The position numbers and the translations under genes were made by a program. 29,738 bases of DNA from a virus (taxonomy: Duplodnaviria > Caudoviricetes): positions 1-29,738 of IMG/VR virus record IMGVR_UViG_3300009593_002049; one strand, 5' to 3'. Of this stretch, positions 1-6,881 are shown in pieces. The notes below the pieces were generated by a model. That model had not been told where the DNA came from and did no database searches. It saw only the letters and a program-made list of their open reading frames with translations. Position 1 is the first letter of the stretch; every line of letters begins with the position of its first letter.

Positions 1-489
1 AAAGATATATACATTTATATAAGTTCTGAAGGGGGTGATGTAGACTCGGCCTGTGCCATAATAGACGAAATCAATGGAGCTAAGAAGTTAGGATTTAATG
101 TAAACACCATAGCTCTTGGAAAAGCATACTCAGCTGCTGCATATATATTAACTTTTGGGTCAAAAAAATACGCAACAGAAAACTCAACAATAATGTTGCA
201 TCCAATTTTGTTTGATTTAGATATGGATTATGTAGCAAACCAAAAAGCATATACGGCTTTTACTGATTACAAGTATGCAGATATAATTAATAAAGTTGCA
301 AAAAATTGTAGGAAGAGAACAAAAACTTCTATTTCTAAATTTATAGAAGAAATACAACATGGACTTTGGCTTTGTCCAAAGGAAGCAAAAAAAAGAAAAA
401 TTATAGATGAAGTCTGGGACTACTCTTGGGAAAAAATAATAGATGAAGAAGGTCACAAGCGAAGAGATAAGAAAAGCTCAAGCGAATAG
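1..489 (+). CDS. clpP: ClpP-like (S14) protease subunit, 5'-truncated by the window edge
   Basis: Frame 1 is open from base 1: KDIYIYISSEGGDV (cf. KDIYLYINSPGGSV), GKAYSAAAYILTFG (catalytic Ser, 130-132), NSTIMLHP (His, 199-201), WLCPKEAKKRKIIDEV (cf. FLSAxEAxxYGLID). The ORF track starts it at an internal Met (193). Confidence 0.85.
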   Translation, partial: KDIYIYISSEGGDVDSACAIIDEINGAKKLGFNVNTIALGKAYSAAAYILTFGSKKYATENSTIMLHPILFDLDMDYVANQKAYTAFTDYKYADIINKVAKNCRKRTKTSISKFIEEIQHGLWLCPKEAKKRKIIDEVWDYSWEKIIDEEGHKRRDKKSSSE

Positions 490-952
490 GGACAATATCA
501 ATGTCATGAACAAAATATGTTCAAAGTATACTGACATCATTCCCTACGAAGAGCTTGAGCGCTGCAAATTAGTAGCAGTGTGGCATTCAATAGAAAAGTA
601 CGATCCCTCCAAAGGAAACTGCAAGTTCACATCATTCCTGTGCAATAGACTGTTTTGGGAATGTCAAAAACAATTATATGAAATAAACAAAGCTAGAAGA
701 ATACCAAGAAACGAATACGCCTCCTCTTTAATATCAGACATCTCTGGTTTTGAAAAAGAGTTAGACGAAATTGAAGTCTTGGAACTCGTTCAACAACTGG
801 ACGAAGACTCTCAAAGAATAATCTTCAAAAGATTCTATGAGTCAAAAACGACAAAAGAAATAGGAAAAGAAAATGGATACGGTAGAGAAACAGCAAGAAG
901 AAGAATAATAGAAGCGGTGGATAAATTGAAACAACTATGTTTACCGAGTTAG
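443..952 (+). CDS. Sigma-70 family RNA polymerase sigma factor (regions 2 and 4 only)
   Basis: Region 2-like LVAVWHSIEKYDPSKGNCKFTSFLCNRLFWEC; region 4 HTH LDEDSQRIIFKRFYESKTTKEIGKENGYGRETARRRIIEAVDKLK. Confidence 0.85.
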   Translation: MKKVTSEEIRKAQANRDNINVMNKICSKYTDIIPYEELERCKLVAVWHSIEKYDPSKGNCKFTSFLCNRLFWECQKQLYEINKARRIPRNEYASSLISDISGFEKELDEIEVLELVQQLDEDSQRIIFKRFYESKTTKEIGKENGYGRETARRRIIEAVDKLKQLCLPS

Positions 953-1569
953 CATTTTACAATCATGATTCAACATATAAAGATTTGTTGTCTGTCGTAT
1001 TTACATCATCTCAAAAAAGAGTTGATTGTGTAGCTATACCTTCTGGCTTTATGAGCCGTCTTACTGAATTTACAAACCATCAAAAGTTTTCTGTAGCTAT
1101 TGATTTCCCTTACGGTCTTGGTGGAACATCTCTTAGAATTCACGAAATAATCCTTGCTATCAGACAAGGAGCTTCTTATATCGACCTAGTTTTGAATAAC
1201 AGTTTTATTAAGGAAGAGAACTGGCGAAGAATACGGGAAGACTTGAAGTCTTGCCAAGCTGTCTGTAATCAGCATGGTATAGAGCTTAGAGTTATTATGG
1301 AATACCGATTGTTTCCTGTTAAGACCGTCTTATTGATGTGCGATCTCTTATACAACGCAAACGTCTACAATGTAATCAATTCTACTGGGTTTGTAGCTGA
1401 CGATTTATCTGATAATGCTATCATCTCCTATGAAATACAGAGCAAAACAGGGGTTCAGGTCACGCCTTGCGTCAGGGCTTTTAACAAAGAACATGTAAAA
1501 ATGTTTGAAGACCTAGACGTATATGCTCTCAGGCTTATTTCCTCCAAAGCTACAGAAGACATCATCTAA
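937..1569 (+). CDS. deoC: Deoxyribose-phosphate aldolase (DeoC)-like TIM barrel, catalytic lysines absent
   Basis: IDFPYG, AIRQGASYIDLVLN, LRVIME and INSTGF are collinear with DeoC motifs IGFPLG, GATEVDMVIN, LKVIIE and VKTSTGF. Confidence 0.75.
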   Translation: MFTELAFYNHDSTYKDLLSVVFTSSQKRVDCVAIPSGFMSRLTEFTNHQKFSVAIDFPYGLGGTSLRIHEIILAIRQGASYIDLVLNNSFIKEENWRRIREDLKSCQAVCNQHGIELRVIMEYRLFPVKTVLLMCDLLYNANVYNVINSTGFVADDLSDNAIISYEIQSKTGVQVTPCVRAFNKEHVKMFEDLDVYALRLISSKATEDII

Positions 1570-1571
1570 TG

Positions 1572-1581
1572 GTGTATAATA
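1572..1581 (+). promoter_or_regulatory. Putative phage promoter motif GTGTATAATA
   Basis: Intergenic; identical 10-mer at 9957-9966; near-identical 17-mer at 6253-6269; contains TATAAT with no TTGACA-like -35. Confidence 0.6.
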
Positions 1582-1653
1582 CTGTAGGATTGGACTCTTA
1601 TTATAGGAACTAAAGGAAATCGTGCATAATAGTCATTGAGAAAGGTTTTTATT

Positions 1654-2682
1654 ATGACTACTAGTGTACACAAGTCCGTCGTTGTTGCAGGCGGCAAAGC
1701 AACTGCAACTGTTACTTTTTCTGGCGCTGCTACTGCTGATCAAACGATCATCATTGTAGACGCGGCAGGTACTTCCAAGACCTATACTGCCAAAAATTCG
1801 ACGACGGTAGCAAGTCTTCAGTTTATTAAAACTGCTGCTGCTGATGCTGCTACAGCTTTGAAGTCATGTATTGAACACGCTAATGGTCACAACGGTACTA
1901 TTACTGTTGCTGATGATGGAGCTGGTGTTCTTACATTGACCCAAACAGTAGCTGGACCAGAAGGTAACGCAGGTAACGTTTTTGGAAGTGGAACTGGTAT
2001 TACCGAAACTTTGTCTAATTGTACTGTTGTTGATTTTGCTGGTGGCGCAATTGCTGAAGCTAACGACAAAGGTACTATTGCAAACGGTGGTACTGTTGCT
2101 GGATCTAAGTTCCAAGGCAAATCACTTATGGACACCAATAAAGGCTCTAGAGCCTCTGGTGCTAAAGTTACTGCTCGAACTGGTAGCTCCTATGTACCCG
2201 GAATTGCTAAAGGTAATTCTAGTGGAACTTTGGCTTATAGTGGACCAACAACTAGATCTAAAGCTGACACGGGCTTCGTAATTAGAGGCGGTGTTGGTAA
2301 TAAGATTTCTGGTGTTACACTTAACCCAATTCTTTATGGTGCTTCAGATACTACCAGTCGTAAGAGTGGTAATATCGCATACAGAGCTGCTTACCATAGT
2401 AAAGGTTTGCTTTCTGGACAAATCTTCAATCTCTACAGAGACCCAACATCTGCTCAGCCTTATAGAGGTGGAACAGCTGGTGGTGACGGTGGACTTCGAC
2501 AAGATGATAATACTGCTAAGTCAGGTATCTCTGGTTGGGGAACTAGCCGAGCGCTTGCTGCTGACGGTGCTGCCGTTGTTGGTTTTGGTGCTGCCCCTAG
2601 AGCTGGTGAATTTGTAATCAAAGTTAGCTTCGTCACTCAGACGGACAATATGAAAGATTACAGCGCACTAACTGGAGGCTAA
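1654..2682 (+). CDS. Gly/Ala/Thr-rich protein, probable virion structural/decoration protein
   Basis: ATG 1654 follows GAAAGG (the track uses TTG 1636). Strong GGT/GCT/ACT codon bias; beta-rich N-terminal segment ATATVTFSGAATADQTIIIVD...VLTLTQ typical of phage tail/surface proteins; promoter motif upstream. Confidence 0.55.
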   Translation: MTTSVHKSVVVAGGKATATVTFSGAATADQTIIIVDAAGTSKTYTAKNSTTVASLQFIKTAAADAATALKSCIEHANGHNGTITVADDGAGVLTLTQTVAGPEGNAGNVFGSGTGITETLSNCTVVDFAGGAIAEANDKGTIANGGTVAGSKFQGKSLMDTNKGSRASGAKVTARTGSSYVPGIAKGNSSGTLAYSGPTTRSKADTGFVIRGGVGNKISGVTLNPILYGASDTTSRKSGNIAYRAAYHSKGLLSGQIFNLYRDPTSAQPYRGGTAGGDGGLRQDDNTAKSGISGWGTSRALAADGAAVVGFGAAPRAGEFVIKVSFVTQTDNMKDYSALTGG

Positions 2683-2712
2683 TGTCCTATCTTTTTAGAA
2701 TTGAGGTGAATC

Positions 2713-3018
2713 ATGGGTTCAGAAATGCCAGCGCTCGCCGCTGTAATTGCGATTACGATGGGATTGTTAAAGGTAATAGAAATGTTGATTTCAAAGAAAT
2801 CTTCCAAAGACTCTTGTTTGAGTCAGGAAGAAAGAACTTGGTTACAAGGACTACATGAATTACACGAACGATGTGACTCCGATGGAACACCATTAGTTTA
2901 TGTTCCTCGCAGTTGGGCTGAAATTCAGCGCGACATGCAAAGAATAATGACAAAGATGGTAACAGACCAAAAAAGGATCGCAGATATTCTAGATAGAATT
3001 GACAAGAAGTTAGACTAG
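2713..3018 (+). CDS. Small membrane protein (N-terminal TM helix, C-terminal coiled coil), holin-like topology
   Basis: SD GAGGTG; hydrophobic ALAAVIAITMGLLKVIEMLI; heptad-like C-terminus IADILDRIDKKLD. Confidence 0.5.
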   Translation: MGSEMPALAAVIAITMGLLKVIEMLISKKSSKDSCLSQEERTWLQGLHELHERCDSDGTPLVYVPRSWAEIQRDMQRIMTKMVTDQKRIADILDRIDKKLD

Positions 3019-3034
3019 TTAGCTAGTAATTAAT

Positions 3035-3070
3035 GGGGGTATAGGGTATTTACTCTTTACCCCCTATTTT
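3035..3070 (+). terminator. Probable intrinsic terminator
   Basis: GGGGGTATAGGGTA ... TACTCTTTACCCCC inverted repeat (one mismatch, one G-U) followed by TATTTT. Confidence 0.6.
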
Positions 3071-3083
3071 ATGGAGTAAAAAA

Positions 3084-3326
3084 ATGAAAGTAGAAATGAA
3101 GAACAAAAAAGCAGCTATGGCAATAGTATCAGTACTTATTGCTCTATTTGTAGCCATATGGCAAAACGGAGGACTTGATGGAATTGTTATAGATGTACCG
3201 GGATCTGATCCTATTGAAGTAAATATTCCAGAAAGTTGTGACAATTGTGAAGAAGCTTGCGTATGTGATACTACAGGCAATGATTGTGACTGTGATGACA
3301 GTTGCGAATGCCCTAAGTGCGCCTGA
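3084..3326 (+). CDS. Membrane-anchored small protein with Cys/Asp-rich (metallothionein-like) C-terminus
   Basis: SD GGAG; TM AAMAIVSVLIALFVAIW; tail CDNCEEACVCDTTGNDCDCDDSCECPKCA (9 Cys). Confidence 0.6.
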   Translation: MKVEMKNKKAAMAIVSVLIALFVAIWQNGGLDGIVIDVPGSDPIEVNIPESCDNCEEACVCDTTGNDCDCDDSCECPKCA

Positions 3327-3756
3327 TAATTACGAAGTAGAAGTAGTTGAATACTGTGACTATGTAGAAATTAATCATGTGTACAGATACGATGAGATAG
3401 ACGAGAGAGTGGTCTGCTATATGAAGCAGGCTATTTTCTGGTCTTTCAGAGAAGAGGTCTCACTGCCAGTAATGGACTCACAAGGTAAACCAACTGATGA
3501 ATATAGAATGAGTTCTGGCTTCGTGGTTCGAGACTACGTTGTATTAAAGATGGGCTGGAGTAATAAACAAAAGACAAGATGGAATTTTATTAATGGGAAA
3601 TGGCACTTTACTTTTTATGATATGAACAGTGATACATACACACGAGTCATATGCAAAAGTATTAAAGTTAGTCACACAAATTATGATGTTGAACGTAGAA
3701 ATCTCAAGCTAATAAGAAAAGAACATAGACACGAATTTATGGAGCATAGAAAATGA
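3238..3756 (+). CDS. Hypothetical protein with signal-peptide-like N-terminus (start uncertain: 3238, 3280 or 3295)
   Basis: 172-aa ORF; hydrophobic N-terminus ending ANALSA; ATGA coupling to the next gene. Confidence 0.65.
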   Translation: MTIVKKLAYVILQAMIVTVMTVANALSAPDNYEVEVVEYCDYVEINHVYRYDEIDERVVCYMKQAIFWSFREEVSLPVMDSQGKPTDEYRMSSGFVVRDYVVLKMGWSNKQKTRWNFINGKWHFTFYDMNSDTYTRVICKSIKVSHTNYDVERRNLKLIRKEHRHEFMEHRK

Positions 3757-4166
3757 AATACCCACAACTAAAGGCTCGGTGGATAACTTCCCCTGACCCA
3801 AACATTACAAAACAAATAGTTAGTGCTTACAGAGTTCTTACTAATGAAGACACTGGTGAACCTTGGAACGATCTTCTTTTTGAAAAAGAAGTAGAACCTT
3901 GGGTTAATGAATTAGAATTCGTTGTTCCGGCATGGGATGTAAAAGGATCATTAATTGATACCTATGCAAATATTTACACCACAGTTCAAGCAATGACAGA
4001 TAATTTTCATTCTACAGCTATAGAATCCAATACAATTATTCTTGAGTCGTTTAGTGTTGAAAGCGTAAATGGAGTTCACCTTGAAATGAGTCCATTTCCA
4101 GAATATTATAAAGAAATTGAAGAGCCTGCTCTATACGTTTACCCGTTGGCTTCAGGGGTTATTTAG
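3753..4166 (+). CDS. Hypothetical protein
   Basis: 137-aa ORF coupled on both sides (ATGA overlap upstream, next start abuts the stop). Confidence 0.7.
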   Translation: MKYPQLKARWITSPDPNITKQIVSAYRVLTNEDTGEPWNDLLFEKEVEPWVNELEFVVPAWDVKGSLIDTYANIYTTVQAMTDNFHSTAIESNTIILESFSVESVNGVHLEMSPFPEYYKEIEEPALYVYPLASGVI

Positions 4167-5417
4167 ATGAATTGGCAAGATATACACGATCAGGCCATCG
4201 TATTTGATTGGCACAATCACGGCACACTTAAAAATTTCTTATTTGATCGCTCTCTCGACGGTAAAGACTCTAGGTTTTTAACCAAGTTATACAAAAGAGC
4301 TTTCTGGCCTCTTAGCGAAAGAAACACATTACCTAAAATGGAAGAAGGTGGATTGAATGTAATTCTCTCTACATCTTATATACCAGAAATAGAATGGGTA
4401 GATGATCAAAAGCTAATAAAGTTTCTCAAGTGGCTTTACCCCTCAGTAAACAAAAGAGTATTTGAGCCAACCTACTTCGACGCAACTAACGCAATGATGG
4501 ATCGTATGGAAAAAGAGGTTGAGTCATACAACGAAATATCACTCTCTGACAACAAATTTGTTTTTGTAAAAAGCATCAGAGAATTAGAAGACGCTATCGT
4601 TAATAGCGACATAGCAATGATTCATTCTGTTGAAGGAGGCCATTCTCTTAATGGAGAACTGGCAAAGAAAAGAGTCGATGAATCTACAGCGCTAAAGCCT
4701 TTAGTAAGAGACGAGATTCTAAAAAATCTAGAGCATTTTTATAATAGAGGAGTGGCATACCTTACACTCGCTCACTTCTACCCAAACCATTTAGTGTCTC
4801 CTGTATTCCCATATCCAGAATACGGTATTAAAAGTAGTAACTGGAAACAGCTTATGGCTGGCTGGGATATGAATAAAGGTTTGACATCTGCTGGTAAAAA
4901 GGTGGTGGAAACCATGAAAGAGATGGGTATGATAATAGATATCAGTCACTGTACGCCCAAGGCTAGGCAAGAAGTATATGATATTGTAGGAAATGATTTA
5001 TCAAAAGTTATAGCAAGTCATGTTGGTTCTTTCTCTATAAATCCAGACCCCTACAATCTGGAAGACTGGGAAATTAAATGGCTGGCAGATCACAACTGTC
5101 TAGTCGGTTTAATCTTCATGAACTATTGGTTAAGCCCAATAGATTCTGGGCTTGGATTAAAACACATAGAAAGAACAATTGACCATATAATAAATGTAGC
5201 TGGCGACGAAGTGTTGGCTATAGGAACAGATTTTGACGGATTCACAGACCCTCCAGATGAGATAACAGATATATCTGAGTTACCTAGATTTACCAGATAC
5301 TTGTCTTCTCTAAAAGGCGGAGTAGATAAGGATAAGTATTCAACTGAAACAATAACTAATATACTAGGTAGAAATTCCCTAAGATTTATCCTTGAGGGAT
5401 GGGGTAAAAAGAAATGA
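4167..5417 (+). CDS. Membrane (renal) dipeptidase family M19 metallopeptidase
   Basis: DWHNH, SVEGGHSL, GVAYLTLAH, GLTSAGKKVVETMKEMGMIIDISH, VIASH and IGTDFDG match M19 amidohydrolase motifs in order. Confidence 0.9.
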   Translation: MNWQDIHDQAIVFDWHNHGTLKNFLFDRSLDGKDSRFLTKLYKRAFWPLSERNTLPKMEEGGLNVILSTSYIPEIEWVDDQKLIKFLKWLYPSVNKRVFEPTYFDATNAMMDRMEKEVESYNEISLSDNKFVFVKSIRELEDAIVNSDIAMIHSVEGGHSLNGELAKKRVDESTALKPLVRDEILKNLEHFYNRGVAYLTLAHFYPNHLVSPVFPYPEYGIKSSNWKQLMAGWDMNKGLTSAGKKVVETMKEMGMIIDISHCTPKARQEVYDIVGNDLSKVIASHVGSFSINPDPYNLEDWEIKWLADHNCLVGLIFMNYWLSPIDSGLGLKHIERTIDHIINVAGDEVLAIGTDFDGFTDPPDEITDISELPRFTRYLSSLKGGVDKDKYSTETITNILGRNSLRFILEGWGKKK

Positions 5418-5689
5418 AAAAATATATAGAAGCATTAAAGCAGTATGCTGAAGAAGCTACTACTAGTGATCCAAAAACCGGAGCTTGTTGGGAAGGTTAT
5501 CAAAGAGTTCCTAATACTAAGAAAGGCGATCCGGGATCTTGCGAAAAGATTAATGCAGGAGAAGTTGAAGCAGATTATAAGTATGAAAACCCAAGAACTG
5601 GAGAAGTGTTTATATACTCAAGAAGAGGCATTTACAAAAAAGATGGAGTAATGCTAGTATATAAAGGAAAAGCAGAACATGAAAATTAA
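5414..5689 (+). CDS. Hypothetical phage protein with CWxGY...C motif
   Basis: ATGA overlap; CWEGYQRVPNTKKGDPGSC. Confidence 0.65.
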   Translation: MKKYIEALKQYAEEATTSDPKTGACWEGYQRVPNTKKGDPGSCEKINAGEVEADYKYENPRTGEVFIYSRRGIYKKDGVMLVYKGKAEHEN

Positions 5690-5731
5690 CAAAATGGAAG
5701 GCAAGATATTGGTCTTGTAAAATGTGGCAAT

Positions 5732-6019
5732 ATGGCAAATAATAATAGACTACAATCTATCTTAGAAAAGCGTCGTCAAAAACATCAGATCAAGTCTGAT
5801 AAAAAAGACGATAAGCAAGAAAAGAAAGATAGCAAAAGAGATTACAGACTTGAAAAAATCAATGCTGTAAAAGAAAAAATCTATGCTGTTGCAGCCAAAA
5901 GGAAGTGGCTGTTTTTAATCATAGCAGCTGCGATAGTAGCCTACTTAGTCATTTTCAAAGGCGGGTTTAGCTTTGGTGGCGGAGCAGGCATTTTAGAGAA
6001 GATTAAAGGCTTCTTTTAA
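5732..6019 (+). CDS. Basic N-terminus plus single TM helix membrane protein
   Basis: Lys/Arg/Asp-rich N-half, TM WLFLIIAAAIVAYLVIF, amphipathic C-end. Confidence 0.65.
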   Translation: MANNNRLQSILEKRRQKHQIKSDKKDDKQEKKDSKRDYRLEKINAVKEKIYAVAAKRKWLFLIIAAAIVAYLVIFKGGFSFGGGAGILEKIKGFF

Positions 6020-6043
6020 TTTTTTATATTAAGGAAAAGAACT

Positions 6044-6226
6044 ATGGAAAAGGTCAAAGCCTTATTCAAAAGTCGTCGTTTCTGGACTGCCATTGGTGGT
6101 GTGGTTGTAGTAGCCGCTCAGGAAACACTTGGATTAGACCCAGAAACAACTAACCGAATTGTAGCATTAGCTGTGGCTTGGATTCTTGGTGACTCTCTAC
6201 GAGTTACTTCTGAAGAATCTGCATAG
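6044..6226 (+). CDS. Putative holin (two TM segments)
   Basis: SD AAGGA; KSRRFW motif (cf. the SRKFW motif of small phage holins) followed by two hydrophobic helices. Confidence 0.55.
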   Translation: MEKVKALFKSRRFWTAIGGVVVVAAQETLGLDPETTNRIVALAVAWILGDSLRVTSEESA

Positions 6227-6243
6227 AACTATATGCAAACATT

Positions 6244-6287
6244 TAGCAGTTCGTCTATAATACTATAGGCGAGCTGCTATTTTTTTT
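6244..6287 (+). terminator. Intrinsic terminator containing a promoter-like motif
   Basis: 16-bp stem TAGCAGTTCGTCTATA / TATAGGCGAGCTGCTA (2 G-U), ATAC loop, T8 tract at 6280-6287. Confidence 0.8.
6253..6262 (+). promoter_or_regulatory. Putative promoter motif variant GTCTATAATA
   Basis: 15/17 identity of 6253-6269 to 1572-1588; lies just upstream of the thioredoxin-sugar cluster. Confidence 0.5.
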
Positions 6288-6298
6288 GGGATTACGAT

Positions 6299-6580
6299 AT
6301 GGCTAAAGACGAGAGACATTTATTAATTTTTTCTGCTAAGTGGTGTGGCCCTTGTAGAATGATGAAGTCTATGGTTTGGAATGACCCTAGTGTACAGGAA
6401 AGTTTAGAAGACTTTGATTCTGTTAGCTTTCTAGACATAGATGATCCACAGCATAGACAAATGGCTGTTGCTTATAGAGTTCAGGCAGTTCCTACAATTT
6501 ATATTGTAGACGAAGAAGGGGTTCCCAAAAAAGCAGCCAGTACAATGGACGTAAGAGGTACTTTAAGTTTTTTAGGTTAA
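6299..6580 (+). CDS. trxA: Thioredoxin
   Basis: FSAKWCGPCRMM active site; cis-Pro loop VQAVPT. Confidence 0.9.
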   Translation: MAKDERHLLIFSAKWCGPCRMMKSMVWNDPSVQESLEDFDSVSFLDIDDPQHRQMAVAYRVQAVPTIYIVDEEGVPKKAASTMDVRGTLSFLG

Positions 6581-6584
6581 AAAA

Positions 6585-6881
6585 ATGAAAGAGAATCATC
6601 AAGTAGTAGTATTCATGGCTGAGTGGTGTCCTCATTGTGCAAACATGAGAAAATATGTTTGGACTGATGATAGAGTACGCCAAGTAATGAGTCAGTTTCA
6701 TAATTCAAAACCTGCATATGTTATTTGCAGCAAGCCTCAAAATAGACATCTGGTAGATGAATTTGAAATAGAAAAATATCCAACCGTCGTTATTATGGAT
6801 GAAGATCATAATATCAAAAAACGTGCTAATAATATGGATGCGGAAGAAGTAATAGAATTTTTAGAAAACTTCAATGAATAA
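6585..6881 (+). CDS. Thioredoxin-family protein (CPHC)
   Basis: FMAEWCPHCANM; IEKYPT cis-Pro loop; paralog of the upstream gene. Confidence 0.88.
   Translation: MKENHQVVVFMAEWCPHCANMRKYVWTDDRVRQVMSQFHNSKPAYVICSKPQNRHLVDEFEIEKYPTVVIMDEDHNIKKRANNMDAEEVIEFLENFNE

Noticed and set aside
3084-3756. Rz/Rz1-type overlapping spanin pair
   Set aside because: The downstream gene has no lipobox Cys after its hydrophobic leader, and the upstream protein lacks a periplasmic coiled coil.
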